Below, piece after piece: positions 34,666 through 47,010 of a stretch of DNA of 64,000 nucleotides (position 1 is its first letter; every line of letters starts with the position of its first letter). This stretch comes from Escherichia coli (lineage in GTDB: Bacteria > Pseudomonadota > Gammaproteobacteria > Enterobacterales > Enterobacteriaceae), in the NCBI RefSeq assembly GCF_050920415.1, contig NZ_CP169309.1; one strand, given 5' to 3'. A program made the translations under genes and the position numbers. The notes beneath the pieces were generated by a model that worked only from the letters and a program-made list of their open reading frames with translations, searched no databases and had not been told where the DNA came from.

Positions 34666-35400
34666 ATGTCCAAACTCGATCTAAATGCGCTGAACGAACT
34701 GTCGAAGGTAGATCGCATTCTGGCGCTGGCGGAAACTAACGCCGAGCTTGAAAAACTGGATGCTGAAGGCCGCGTCGCCTGGGCGCTGGATAATCTGCCC
34801 GGTGAATATGTGCTTTCTTCCAGCTTCGGCATTCAGGCGGCGGTGAGCCTGCATCTGGTGAATCAGGTTCGCCCGGATATTCCGGTGATCCTCACCGATA
34901 CGGGTTATCTGTTCCCTGAAACCTACCGCTTTATTGACGAGTTAACGGACAAACTCAAGCTCAACCTGAAAGTGTACCGCGCTACCGAAAGCGCTGCCTG
35001 GCAGGAAGCACGCTACGGCAAACTGTGGGAACAGGGCGTTGAAGGCATTGAAAAGTACAACGATATCAACAAAGTCGAACCGATGAACCGGGCGCTGAAA
35101 GAACTAAACGCGCAAACGTGGTTTGCTGGCCTGCGCCGTGAACAATCCGGCAGCCGCGCTAATTTACCGGTGCTGGCAATTCAGCGTGGTGTATTCAAAG
35201 TGCTGCCGATTATCGACTGGGATAACCGAACTATTTATCAGTACCTGCAAAAACATGGCCTGAAATATCATCCATTATGGGACGAAGGATATTTATCGGT
35301 CGGTGATACCCATACAACCCGTAAATGGGAACCTGGTATGGCGGAAGAAGAAACGCGTTTCTTTGGCTTAAAAAGGGAATGTGGGCTGCACGAAGGGTAA
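34666..35400 (+). CDS. cysH: phosphoadenosine phosphosulfate reductase
   Basis: 244-aa ORF; PAPS reductase family, C-terminal ECGLH motif. Confidence 0.95.
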   Translation: MSKLDLNALNELSKVDRILALAETNAELEKLDAEGRVAWALDNLPGEYVLSSSFGIQAAVSLHLVNQVRPDIPVILTDTGYLFPETYRFIDELTDKLKLNLKVYRATESAAWQEARYGKLWEQGVEGIEKYNDINKVEPMNRALKELNAQTWFAGLRREQSGSRANLPVLAIQRGVFKVLPIIDWDNRTIYQYLQKHGLKYHPLWDEGYLSVGDTHTTRKWEPGMAEEETRFFGLKRECGLHEG

Positions 35401-35417
35401 ATATTGCCGGATAAAAT

Positions 35418-35455
35418 AAACGCCTCTGTCAGAAATGATGGGGGCGTTTTTATTT
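35418..35455 (+). terminator. putative cysH terminator
   Basis: AAACGCC...GGCGTTTTTATTTT hairpin with T tract. Confidence 0.5.
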
Positions 35456-35757
35456 TGCGAGCCGCATTCCGGCATTTAAACGTGAATATAGCAGGGGAAA
35501 TCAACAGTTATAGAATGGCGTCGGGTGCTTGAGGCTGTCTGGCGTTAAGCATTCGCGAGGTTCCAGATGGACAAAAGCCCCAGGCGATATATCTATCAAC
35601 CTGAGGCTCGCGTTCGAACGTAGCAATTCGGATGTTAGTCTCTTCTTTGCAGGGAGGCAAGACATGTGTATATCACTGTAATTCGATATTTATGAGCAGC
35701 ATCGAAAAATAGTCCACTGATATCATCGATAATACTAAAAAAACAGGGAGGCTATTA

Positions 35758-38424
35758 ATGGAACCTTTTAAATATATATGTCATTACTGGGGGAAATCCT
35801 CAAAAAGCCTGACGAAAGGAAATGATATTCATCTGTTGATTTATCATTGCCTGGATGTTGCAGCTGTTGCAGATTGCTGGTGGGATCAATCAGTCGTACT
35901 ACAAAATGCTTTTTGCCGAAATGAAATGCTATCAAAACAGAAGGTGAAAGCCTGGCTGTTATTTTTCATTGCCCTTCATGATATCGGAAAGTTTGATATA
36001 CGATTCCAATATAAATCAGCAGAAAGTTGGCTGAAATTAAATCCTGCAACGTCATCACTTAATGGTCCATCAACACAAATGTGCCGTAAATTTAATCATG
36101 GTGCAGCCGGTCTGTATTGGTTTAACCAGGATTCACTTTCAGAGCAATCTCCCGGGGATTTTTTCAGTTTTTTTGATGCCGCTCCTCATCCTTATGAGTC
36201 CTGGTTTCCTTGGGTAGAGGCCGTTACAGGACATCATGGTTTTATATTACATTCCCAGGATCAAGATAAGTCGCGTTGGGAAATGCCAGCTTCTCTGGCA
36301 TCTTATGCTGCGCAAGATAAACAGGCTCGTGAGGAGTGGATATCTGTACTCGAAGCATTATTTTTAACACCAGCCGGGTTATCTATAAACGATATACCAC
36401 CTGATTGTTCATCATTGTTAGCAGGTTTTTGCTCGCTTGCTGACTGGTTAGGTTCCTGGACCACAACGGATACCTTTCTATTCAAAGAAGATGCACCTTC
36501 AGGCATACAAGCGCTAAGAAAATATTTTCAGGATAGACAACAGGATGCGTGTCGGGTACTGGAGTTGAGTGGCCTTGTATCAAATAAGCGTAGTTATGAC
36601 GGCGTACATGCCTTACTGGACAATGGCTATCAACCAAGACAATTACAGGTGTTGGTTGATGCTCTTCCTACAGCTCCCGGGCTGACGGTGATTGAGGCAC
36701 CTACGGGATCAGGTAAAACCGAAACAGCGCTGGCCTATGCCTGGAAACTTATTGACCAACAACTTGCGGATAGTGTTATTTTTGCCCTCCCTACACAAGC
36801 TACTGCAAATGCAATGCTCAGCAGAATGGAAGCGAACGCGAGCCGTTTATTTACCTCCCCAAATCTTATTCTTGCTCATGGTAATTCACGTTTTAACCAC
36901 CTTTTTCAATCAATAAAATCACGCGCATTTACTGAGCAGGGGCAAGAAGAAGCGTGGGTTCAGTGTTGCCAATGGTTGTCACAAAGCAATAAGAAAGTGT
37001 TTCTTGGGCAAATAGGAGTTTGCACGATTGATCAGGTGTTGATATCGGTATTGCCAGTTAAACACCGCTTTATCCGTGGTTTGGGAATTGGTCGAAGTGT
37101 TTTAATTGTTGATGAAGTTCATGCTTACGACACGTATATGAACGGCTTGCTGGAGGCTGTGCTCAAGGCTCAGGCTGATGTGGGGGGGAGTGTTATTCTT
37201 CTTTCCGCAACTCTACCAATGAAACAAAAACAGAAACTTCTGGATACTTATGGTCTGCATACAGATCCAGAGGAAAATAACTCCGCATATCCACTCATTA
37301 ACTGGCGAGGTGTGAATGGTGCGCAACGTTTTGATCTGTTAGCTCATCCAGAACAACTCCCGCCCCGCTTTTCAATTCAGCTAGAACCTATTTATTTAGC
37401 TGACATGTTACCTGACCTTACGATGTTAGAGCGAATGATCGCAGCGGCAAACGCGGGTGCACAAGTCTGTCTTATTTGCAATTTGGTTGACGTTGCACAA
37501 GTATGCTACCAACGGCTAAAGGAGCTAAATAACACGCAAGTAGATATAGATTTGTTTCATGCACGCTTTACGCTGAACGATCGTCGAGAAAAAGAGAATC
37601 GTGTTATTAGCGATTTCGGAAAAAATGGGGATCGAAATGTTGGACGAATACTTGTCGCCACGCAAGTCGTGGAACAATCGCTCGACGTTGATTTTGATTG
37701 GTTAATTACCCAGCATTGTCCCGCAGATTTGCTTTTCCAACGATTGGGCCGTTTACATCGTCATCATCGCAAATATCGTCCCGCTGGTTTTGAGATTCCT
37801 GTTGCCACCATTTTGCTGCCTGATGGCGAGGGTTACGGACGACATGAGCATATTTATAGCAACGTTAGAGTCATGTGGCGGACGCAGCAACATATTGAGG
37901 AACTTAATGGAGCATCCTTATTTTTCCCTGATGCTTACCGGCAATGGCTGGATAGCATTTACGATGATGCGGAAATGGATGAGCCAGAATGGGTCGGCAA
38001 TGGCATGGATAAATTTGAAAGCGCCGAGTGTGAAAAAAGGTTCAAGGCTCGTAAGGTTCTGCAGTGGGCTGAAGAATATAGCTTGCAGGATAACGATGAA
38101 ACCATTCTTGCGGTAACGAGGGATGGGGAAATGAGCCTGCCATTATTGCCTTATGTACAAACGTCTTCAGGTAAACAACTGCTCGATGGCCAGGTCTACG
38201 AGGACCTAAGTCATGAACAGCAGTATGAGGTGTTAGCACTTAATCGCGTCAATGTACCCTTCACTTGGAAACGTAGTTTTTCTGAAGTAGTAGATGAAGA
38301 TGGGTTACTTTGGCTGGAAGGGAAACAGAATCAGGATGGATGGATCTGGCAGGGTAATAATATTGTTATTACCTACACTCGGGATGAAGGGATGACCAGA
38401 GTCATCCCTGCAAATCCCAAATAA
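35758..38424 (+). CDS. cas3: type I-E Cas3 HD nuclease / SF2 helicase
   Basis: 888-aa ORF; HD motif (LHDIGKF), Walker A APTGSGKTE, DEVH box (IVDEVHAYD). Confidence 0.96.
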   Translation: MEPFKYICHYWGKSSKSLTKGNDIHLLIYHCLDVAAVADCWWDQSVVLQNAFCRNEMLSKQKVKAWLLFFIALHDIGKFDIRFQYKSAESWLKLNPATSSLNGPSTQMCRKFNHGAAGLYWFNQDSLSEQSPGDFFSFFDAAPHPYESWFPWVEAVTGHHGFILHSQDQDKSRWEMPASLASYAAQDKQAREEWISVLEALFLTPAGLSINDIPPDCSSLLAGFCSLADWLGSWTTTDTFLFKEDAPSGIQALRKYFQDRQQDACRVLELSGLVSNKRSYDGVHALLDNGYQPRQLQVLVDALPTAPGLTVIEAPTGSGKTETALAYAWKLIDQQLADSVIFALPTQATANAMLSRMEANASRLFTSPNLILAHGNSRFNHLFQSIKSRAFTEQGQEEAWVQCCQWLSQSNKKVFLGQIGVCTIDQVLISVLPVKHRFIRGLGIGRSVLIVDEVHAYDTYMNGLLEAVLKAQADVGGSVILLSATLPMKQKQKLLDTYGLHTDPEENNSAYPLINWRGVNGAQRFDLLAHPEQLPPRFSIQLEPIYLADMLPDLTMLERMIAAANAGAQVCLICNLVDVAQVCYQRLKELNNTQVDIDLFHARFTLNDRREKENRVISDFGKNGDRNVGRILVATQVVEQSLDVDFDWLITQHCPADLLFQRLGRLHRHHRKYRPAGFEIPVATILLPDGEGYGRHEHIYSNVRVMWRTQQHIEELNGASLFFPDAYRQWLDSIYDDAEMDEPEWVGNGMDKFESAECEKRFKARKVLQWAEEYSLQDNDETILAVTRDGEMSLPLLPYVQTSSGKQLLDGQVYEDLSHEQQYEVLALNRVNVPFTWKRSFSEVVDEDGLLWLEGKQNQDGWIWQGNNIVITYTRDEGMTRVIPANPK

Positions 38425-38838
38425 CTTCGGGAATGATTGGTATCAATGACGATAACAAGACCAATAACGGTTTATCCCTACTTAAGTAGGGAAGGTGCAC
38501 AATGTACATCTTCTTTTAATTTCCCGGTATGAGATTTTATATTCACAGTATGAATATTTTATGTAATAAAATTTATGGTAATTATTATAACTAAAAATTT
38601 CTTTGATAATAAAACGAATAACTTGCAGATTTGAAATGCATGCATTATTGTCTTTAAACAATTCAACACATCTTAATATATGCATAGGTTAATTGTATTA
38701 AACCAATGAATATATTTTTGCAGTGAATGTGATTATTGAATTAATTACGCCGTATTTTTTCTTTGTTTTTACCGATAACGGAAGTGTGCCGACGTATAGA
38801 AATGCAGGAGAAATGTCGGAGCATATGAAGGAGAACAA
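38425..38838. promoter_or_regulatory. cas3-casA intergenic region holding the casA operon promoter (H-NS/LeuO-controlled in K-12)
   Basis: very AT-rich 414-bp spacer directly upstream of casA; the regulatory role is from established K-12 knowledge, not read from the sequence. Confidence 0.55.
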
Positions 38839-40347
38839 ATGAATTTGCTTATTGATAACTGGATCCCTGTACGCCCGCGAAACGGGGGGAAAGTCCAAAT
38901 CCTAAATCTGCAATCGCTATACTGCAGTAGAGATCAGTGGCGGTTAAGTTTGCCCCGTGACGATATGGAACTGGCCGCTTTAGCACTGCTGGTTTGCATT
39001 GCACAAATTATCGCCCCGGCAAAAGATGACGTTGAATTTCGACATCGCATAATGAATCCGCTCACTGAAGATGAGTTTCAACGACTCATCGCGCCGTGGA
39101 TAGATATGTTCTACCTTAATCACGCAGAACATCCCTTTATGCAGACCAAAGGTGTCAAAGCAAATGATGTGACTCCAATGGAAAAACTATTGGCAGGGGT
39201 AAGCGGCGCGACGAATTGTGCATTTGTCAATCAACCGGGGCAGGGTGAAGCATTATGTGGTGGATGCACTGCGATTGCGTTATTCAACCAGGCGAATCAG
39301 GCACCTGGTTTTGGTGGTGGCTTTAAAAGCGGTTTACGTGGAGGAACACCTATAACCACCTTCGTATGTGGGATCGATCTTCGCTCGACGGTGTTACTCA
39401 ATGTCCTCACAATACCTCGTCTTCAAAAACAATTTCCCAATGAATCAAATACGGAAAACCAACCTACCTGGATTAAGCCTGTCAAGCCCAATGAATCTGT
39501 GCCAGCTTCGTCAATTGGGTTTGTCCGTGGCTTATTCTGGCAACCAGCGCATATTGAATTATGCGATCCCATTGGGATTGGTAAATGTTCTTGCTGTGGA
39601 CAGGAAAGCAATTTGCGTTATACAGGTTTTCTTAAGGAAAAATTTACCTTTACAGTTAATGGGCTATGGCCCCATCCGCATTCCCCTTGTCTGGTAACAG
39701 TCAAGAAAGGGGAGGTTGAGGAAAAATTTCTTGCTTTCACCACCTCCGCACCATCATGGACGCAAATCAGCCGAGTTGTGGTAGATAAGATTATTCAAAA
39801 TGAAAATGGAAATCGCGTGGCGGCGGTTGTGAATCAATTCAGAAATATTGCGCCGCAAAGTCCTCTTGAATTGATTATGGGGGGATATCGTAATAATCAA
39901 GCATCTATTCTTGAACGACGTCATGATGTGCTGATGTTTAATCAGGGGTGGCAACAATACGGCAATGTTATAAACGAAATAGTGACTGTTGGTTTGGGGT
40001 ATAAAACAGCCTTACGCAAGGCGTTATATACTTTTGTGGAAGGTATTAAAAATAAAGACTTTAAAGGGGCTGGAGTCTCTGTTCATGAGACTGCAGAAAG
40101 GCATTTCTATCGACAGAGTGAATTATTAATTCCCGATGTATTGGCGAATGTTAATTTTTCCCAGGCTGATGAGGTAATAGCTGATTTACGAGACAAACTT
40201 CATCAATTGTGTGAAATGCTATTTAATCAATCTGTAGCTCCCTATGCACATCATCCTAAATTAATAAGCACATTAGCACTCGCCCGCGCCACGCTATACA
40301 AACATTTACGGGAGTTAAAACCGCAAGGAGGGCCATCAAATGGCTGA
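38839..40347 (+). CDS. casA: Cascade large subunit Cse1
   Basis: 502-aa ORF, first gene of casABCDE-cas1-cas2. Confidence 0.95.
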   Translation: MNLLIDNWIPVRPRNGGKVQILNLQSLYCSRDQWRLSLPRDDMELAALALLVCIAQIIAPAKDDVEFRHRIMNPLTEDEFQRLIAPWIDMFYLNHAEHPFMQTKGVKANDVTPMEKLLAGVSGATNCAFVNQPGQGEALCGGCTAIALFNQANQAPGFGGGFKSGLRGGTPITTFVCGIDLRSTVLLNVLTIPRLQKQFPNESNTENQPTWIKPVKPNESVPASSIGFVRGLFWQPAHIELCDPIGIGKCSCCGQESNLRYTGFLKEKFTFTVNGLWPHPHSPCLVTVKKGEVEEKFLAFTTSAPSWTQISRVVVDKIIQNENGNRVAAVVNQFRNIAPQSPLELIMGGYRNNQASILERRHDVLMFNQGWQQYGNVINEIVTVGLGYKTALRKALYTFVEGIKNKDFKGAGVSVHETAERHFYRQSELLIPDVLANVNFSQADEVIADLRDKLHQLCEMLFNQSVAPYAHHPKLISTLALARATLYKHLRELKPQGGPSNG

Positions 40348-40822
40348 TGAAATTGATGCAATGGCTTTATATCGAGCCTGGCAACAGCTGGATAACGGAG
40401 CATGTGCGCAAATTAGACGTGTTTCAGAACCTGATGATTTACGCGATATCCCTGCGTTTTATCGGTTGGTGCAACCTTTTGGTTGGGAAAACCTGCGTCA
40501 CCAACAGGCTCTTTTGCGCATGGTGTTTTGCCTGAGCGCAGGAAAGAATGTCATCCGACATCAGGATAAAAAACCGGAGCAAACAATAGGTATCTCGTTG
40601 GGAAGAGCTTTAGCCAATAGTGGAAGAATTAACGAGCGCCGTATCTTCCAATTGATTCGGGCTGACAGAACAGCCGATATGGTCCAGTTACGTCGATTGC
40701 TTGCTCACGCCGAACCCGTACTTGACTGGTCATTAATGGCCCGGATGTTGACCTGGTGGGGAAAGCGCGAACGCCAGCAACTTCTGGAAGATTTTGTATT
40801 GACCACAAACAAAAATGCGTAA
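40340..40822 (+). CDS. casB: Cascade small subunit Cse2
   Basis: 160-aa ORF overlapping casA by 8 bp. Confidence 0.95.
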   Translation: MADEIDAMALYRAWQQLDNGACAQIRRVSEPDDLRDIPAFYRLVQPFGWENLRHQQALLRMVFCLSAGKNVIRHQDKKPEQTIGISLGRALANSGRINERRIFQLIRADRTADMVQLRRLLAHAEPVLDWSLMARMLTWWGKRERQQLLEDFVLTTNKNA

Positions 40823-40834
40823 GGAAACCTCTCA

Positions 40835-41926
40835 ATGTCTAATTTTATTAATATCCATGTCCTGATCTCTCACAGCCCTTCATGTCTGAACCGCGACGAT
40901 ATGAACATGCAGAAAGACGCTATTTTCGGCGGGAAAAGGCGAGTAAGAATTTCAAGTCAAAGCCTTAAACGTGCGATGCGTAAAAGTGATTATTACGCAC
41001 AAAATATTGGTGAATCCAGTCTCAGAACAATTCATCTTGCACAATTACGTGATGTTCTTCGGCAAAAACTTGGTGAACGTTTTGAGCAAAAAATCATCGA
41101 TAAGACATTAGCTCTGCTCTCCGGTAAATCAGTTGATGAAGCTGAAAAGATTTCTGCCGATGCGGTTACTCCCTGGGTTGTGGGAGAAATAGCCTGGTTC
41201 TGTGAGCAGGTTGCAAAAGCAGAGGCAGATAATCTGGATGATAAAAAGCTGCTCAAAATTCTTAAGGAAGATATTGCCGCTATCCGTGTGAATTTACAGC
41301 AGGGGGTTGATATTGCGCTTAGCGGAAGAATGGCAACCAGCGGCATGATGAGTGAGTTGGGAAAAGTTGATGGTGCAATGTCCATTGCGCACGCGATCAC
41401 GACCCATCAGGTTGATTCTGATATTGACTGGTTCACCGCCGTAGATGATTTACAGGAACAAGGTTCTGCACATCTGGGAACACAGGAATTTTCATCGGGT
41501 GTTTTTTATCGTTATGCCAACATTAACCTTGCTCAACTTCAGGAAAATTTAGGCGGCGCCTCCTGGGAGCAGGCTCTGGAAATTGCAACCCATGTTGTTC
41601 ATATGCTGGCAACAGAGGTCCCTGGAGCAAAACAGCGTACTTATGCCGCTTTTAACCCTGCGGAGATGGTAATGGTTAATTTCTCCGATATGCCACTTTC
41701 TATGGCAAATGCTTTTGAAAAAGCGGTGAAAGCGAAAGATGGCTTTTTGCAACCGTCTATACAGGCGTTTAATCAATATTGGGATCGCGTTGCGAATGGC
41801 TATGGTCTGAACGGAGCTGCTGCGCAATTTAGCTTGTCTGACATGGACCCAATTACTGCTCAGGTTAAACAAATGCCTACTTTAGAACAGTTAAAATCCT
41901 GGGTTCGTAATAATGGCGAGGCGTGA
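40835..41926 (+). CDS. casC: Cascade backbone subunit Cas7e
   Basis: 363-aa ORF; [22 protein letters not shown]. Confidence 0.95.
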   Translation: MSNFINIHVLISHSPSCLNRDDMNMQKDAIFGGKRRVRISSQSLKRAMRKSDYYAQNIGESSLRTIHLAQLRDVLRQKLGERFEQKIIDKTLALLSGKSVDEAEKISADAVTPWVVGEIAWFCEQVAKAEADNLDDKKLLKILKEDIAAIRVNLQQGVDIALSGRMATSGMMSELGKVDGAMSIAHAITTHQVDSDIDWFTAVDDLQEQGSAHLGTQEFSSGVFYRYANINLAQLQENLGGASWEQALEIATHVVHMLATEVPGAKQRTYAAFNPAEMVMVNFSDMPLSMANAFEKAVKAKDGFLQPSIQAFNQYWDRVANGYGLNGAAAQFSLSDMDPITAQVKQMPTLEQLKSWVRNNGEA

Positions 41927-41928
41927 AC

Positions 41929-42603
41929 ATGAGATCTTATTTGATCTTGCGGCTTGCTGGGCCAATGCAAGCCTGGGGGCTGCCGACCTTTGAAGGAACG
42001 CGACCTACCGGAAGATTTCCGACCCGAAGCGGGTTATTAGGGCTACTCGGGGCTTGTCTTGGGATCCAACGTGATGATACTTCTTCATTACAGGTGTTAT
42101 CAGAGAGTGTGCAATTTGCAGTGCGTTGCGATGAACTCATTCTTGACGATCGTCGTGTGTCTGTAACGGGGTTGCGTGATTACCATACAGTCCTTGGAGC
42201 GCGAGAAGATTACCGTGGTTTGAAAAGTCATGAAACGATTCAAACATGGCGCGAATATTTATGTGATGCCTCCTTTACCGTCGCTATCTGGTTAACACCA
42301 CAGGCAACGATGGTTATGTCAGAACTTGAAAAAGCAGTATTAAAGCCTCGGTATACACCGTATCTGGGGCGGAGGAGTTGTCCGCTAACACAACCGCTTT
42401 TTCTCGGGACATGTCAGGCGTCGGATCCTCAGAAGGCGCTATTAAATTATGAGCCCGTTGGCGGCGATATTTATAGTGAGGAATCAGTTGACGGGCATCA
42501 TTTAAAATTTACGGTGCGCGACGAACCGATGATCACCTTACCTCGACAATTTGCTTCCCGGGAATGGTATGTGATTAAAGGAGGTATGGATGTATCTCAG
42601 TAA
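41929..42603 (+). CDS. casD: Cascade subunit Cas5e
   Basis: ORF 41923..42603; start taken at MRSYLILRLAGPMQAWG. Confidence 0.92.
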   Translation: MRSYLILRLAGPMQAWGLPTFEGTRPTGRFPTRSGLLGLLGACLGIQRDDTSSLQVLSESVQFAVRCDELILDDRRVSVTGLRDYHTVLGAREDYRGLKSHETIQTWREYLCDASFTVAIWLTPQATMVMSELEKAVLKPRYTPYLGRRSCPLTQPLFLGTCQASDPQKALLNYEPVGGDIYSEESVDGHHLKFTVRDEPMITLPRQFASREWYVIKGGMDVSQ

Positions 42604-43189
42604 AATCATCATTGCCAGGGCCTGTAGCAGGGATCTTTACCAACTTCACCAGGGATTATGGCATTTATTTCCAAATAGACCAGATGCTGCTCGTGATTTT
42701 CTTTTTCATGTTGAGAAGCGAAACACACCAGAAGGCTGTCATGTTTTATTGCAGTCAGCGCAAATGCCTGTTTCAACTGCCGTTGCGACAGTCATTAAAA
42801 CTAAACAGGTTGAATTTCAACTTCAGGTTGGTGTTCCACTCTATTTTCGGCTTCGGGCAAATCCGATCAAAACTATTCTCGACAATCAAAAGCGTCTGGA
42901 CAGTAAAGGGAATATTAAACGCTGTCGGGTTCCGTTAATAAAAGAAGCAGAACAAATCGCGTGGTTGCAACGTAAATTGGGCAATGCGGCGCGCGTTGAA
43001 GATGTGCATCCCATATCGGAACGGCCACAGTATTTTTCTGGGGAAGGTAAAAATGGAAAAATCCAAACGGTTTGCTTTGAAGGTGTGCTCACCGTCAATG
43101 ACGCATCAGCGTTAATGGATCTTATACAGCAAGGTATTGGGCCAGCCAAATCGATGGGATGTGGTTTGCTATCTTTGGCTCCACTGTGA
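42590..43189 (+). CDS. casE: Cas6e crRNA endoribonuclease
   Basis: 199-aa ORF; MYLSKIIIARA... Confidence 0.95.
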   Translation: MYLSKIIIARACSRDLYQLHQGLWHLFPNRPDAARDFLFHVEKRNTPEGCHVLLQSAQMPVSTAVATVIKTKQVEFQLQVGVPLYFRLRANPIKTILDNQKRLDSKGNIKRCRVPLIKEAEQIAWLQRKLGNAARVEDVHPISERPQYFSGEGKNGKIQTVCFEGVLTVNDASALMDLIQQGIGPAKSMGCGLLSLAPL

Positions 43190-43204
43190 TTGAGGTGTAA
43201 TAAA

Positions 43205-44408
<1,204 letters not shown>

Positions 44409-44513
44409 AAACAAAGAATTAGCTGATCTTTAATAATAAGGAAATGTTACATTAAGGTTGGTGGGTTGTTTTTATGGGAAAAAATGCTTTAAGAACAAAT
44501 GTATACTTTGAGA
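44409..44513 (+). promoter_or_regulatory. CRISPR leader
   Basis: AT-rich about 105 bp between the cas2 stop and the first repeat. Confidence 0.7.
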
Positions 44514-45701
44514 GAGTTCCCCGCGCCAGCGGGGATAAACCGCTCGCGTATACTCTCTGCCAACGTCTCCAGATGAGTTCCCCGCGCCAGCGGGGATAAA
44601 CCGGCGGGATTATCGGCACTGACGTCGGCGCTGTGGAGTTCCCCGCGCCAGCGGGGATAAACCGGGTCGCTTCCATATATGAACCTTGAGGATTAGGAGT
44701 TCCCCGCGCCAGCGGGGATAAACCGGTTCCATGCACTGCCCGCAGTGTCAGCCGTACGAGTTCCCCGCGCCAGCGGGGATAAACCGGTAAATCATACGTT
44801 GGCATCAGTATTTTTCTCGAGTTCCCCGCGCCAGCGGGGATAAACCGACTCCGCGCCATTTGAGAATTCTCAGTTCTGCGAGTTCCCCGCGCCAGCGGGG
44901 ATAAACCGCTACTGCTGTCAGACGGCAGGGCAAAACAGCGGAGTTCCCCGCGCCAGCGGGGATAAACCGGACGTGCGGATGCTGTTTCTGGTTTTACCTC
45001 CGAGTTCCCCGCGCCAGCGGGGATAAACCGTTTTTTCTCAGCGTCTGGCAGAGCTAATCGCCGAGTTCCCCGCGCCAGCGGGGATAAACCGGTGTCAAAT
45101 TTCATGTAATTGATGATCCAGCTGAGTTCCCCGCGCCAGCGGGGATAAACCGGGTATTTCTCGTTAACACGGTCGTATCAAAACGAGTTCCCCGCGCCAG
45201 CGGGGATAAACCGAGGGGTTGCAACCATAGCCCTTAGTTGATTGCGAGTTCCCCGCGCCAGCGGGGATAAACCGCCAGTGGATTTTAATAAACTCTCCAG
45301 CGAGCAGAGTTCCCCGCGCCAGCGGGGATAAACCGTTCGCCACGTCAGGCGTGATTTCCTGCACTGAGAGTTCCCCGCGCCAGCGGGGATAAACAGGGCG
45401 CGTCTGCGCCCGCTAGGACTCGTGTCAAGAGTTCCCCGCGCCAGCGGGGATAAACCGGGAGTTCAGACATAGGTGGAATGATGGACTACGAGTTCCCCGC
45501 GTTAGCGGGGATAAACCGCCCGGTAGCCAGGTTTGCAACGCCTGAACCGAGAGTTCCCCGCGCCAGCAGGGATAAATCGGCAACGACGGTGAGATTTCAC
45601 GCCTGACGCTGGTGTTCCCCGCATCAGCGGGGATAAACCGGGCGCACTGGATGCGATGATGGATATCACTTAGAATTCCCCGCCCCTGCGGTAGAACTCC
45701 C
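44514..45701 (+). CRISPR. type I-E CRISPR array, 20 repeats / 19 spacers
   Basis: 29-bp repeat GAGTTCCCCGCGCCAGCGGGGATAAACCG at 44514 and every 61 bp to 45673; 32-bp spacers; variants in repeats 15 (AAACaG), 17 (GCGttAGC), 18, 19 and a degenerate terminal repeat. Confidence 0.97.
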
Positions 45702-45721
45702 AGCTCCCATTTTCAACCCCA

Positions 45722-46759
45722 TCAAGACGCCTTCGCCAGTTCCTTCACTAGCGGTAGCATTATCCGCATAACGTCACGGCAGCGACGTTCTATTCTTCCA
45801 GGAAGCGCCTTATCAATATGCTGTTGATTATCAAGCCTTACATCATGCCAGCTATTTCCCGCCGGGAAGGCCGGTGTTTTTGCGCGTTGCTGATAACCAT
45901 CCTTATTTCCAAGATTCCAGTTGGTCGCCTCCACCGAAAGTACCGCAATACCGGCTTTGTCGAAAACTTCTGCATCGTTACAACACCCAGTGCCTTTCGG
46001 ATAGTTTTTATTCAAACCTGGATTTGTTGTCGCTGCAATCCCATGATTATGCGCAATTGCCAGCGCTCGATCACGGGTTAATTTCCTGACAGCCTCTGGT
46101 GTATTTACACCACTATTAAAATACAATTTATCGCCAACAATTAAGTTATCGAGATTAATCACCAGCAGCGTATTTTTCTTTTCAGTATCGCTCATGCGCT
46201 TGAGTAAATTCTCAGCGCCTAATTTCCCTTCTTCTTCTCCACTGGTTGCCACAAAACGAATACCATACTCGGTAGGCGTATTTTTCAGACGTTCAGCCAG
46301 TTCCAGCATGACACCTAAACCTGCGGCGTTATCATCCATTCCTTGTAATGTCAGCCCGCCGAGATTGGCATCGGCGTCGGCATCGCTCAGTGGAGCGTAC
46401 GTATCAAGATGCGCCATAATAATGATCTGCTGCGGCGCTTTGCCTTCATGAGCGGCAATCACCGTACTTCCCGTCACGTTGTGCCAGTTTTTGCGGTTAT
46501 CGCGGGCGGTGTAAATATATCGGCTATTAAATGTCCGAATATCACTGCGATAACCCATCTGTTGAAACTGTTGGCGAATATAATCGGCAGATAACATTTC
46601 TGCAGGAGTTCCGGTCATGCGTCCCGGAAAGAAAGTAGCAATATGTCGTGCCTGTGTATTAGCAAAATCACCAGGTTTAGGTGACGAGGCGTGTACGGGG
46701 AGAATAAAGCATACGCCGAGCGCCAGGGCAGCGGTACGGTGGCGCAATGCGGAAAACAT
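45722..46759 (-). CDS. iap: alkaline phosphatase isozyme conversion aminopeptidase
   Basis: 345-aa ORF with signal peptide and M28-type peptidase region; located between the CRISPR array and cysD. Confidence 0.9.
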   Translation of the reverse strand: MFSALRHRTAALALGVCFILPVHASSPKPGDFANTQARHIATFFPGRMTGTPAEMLSADYIRQQFQQMGYRSDIRTFNSRYIYTARDNRKNWHNVTGSTVIAAHEGKAPQQIIIMAHLDTYAPLSDADADANLGGLTLQGMDDNAAGLGVMLELAERLKNTPTEYGIRFVATSGEEEGKLGAENLLKRMSDTEKKNTLLVINLDNLIVGDKLYFNSGVNTPEAVRKLTRDRALAIAHNHGIAATTNPGLNKNYPKGTGCCNDAEVFDKAGIAVLSVEATNWNLGNKDGYQQRAKTPAFPAGNSWHDVRLDNQQHIDKALPGRIERRCRDVMRIMLPLVKELAKAS

Positions 46760-47010
46760 AGTGAGTCCTTAAATACCATGCAAATTTTTTTACCGCCATA
46801 GTATGAAACTGCCGCTGCGCTAAAACAATTTCAAATCTTCCTAAACGCCCGAAATCCGGTGCCTTAAGCACTTTTTGATATTAGCTTTGCCAAATCGTTA
46901 TTCCGTTAAGGAACTACTCATTCTAATTGGTAATTTCATTCGTTCTCTTACGCTCCCTATAGTCGAAACATCTGATGGCAAGAAAATAGCGGTATTGCAA
47001 AGGAACGGTT

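Noticed and set aside
44452-45105. 217-aa minus-strand ORF with repeated GLSPLARGT and FIPAGAGNS motifs
   Set aside because: It is simply the translation of the CRISPR repeat in the reverse frame; the periodicity equals the 61-bp repeat-spacer unit. The 66-aa ORF at 45164..45364 is the same artefact.
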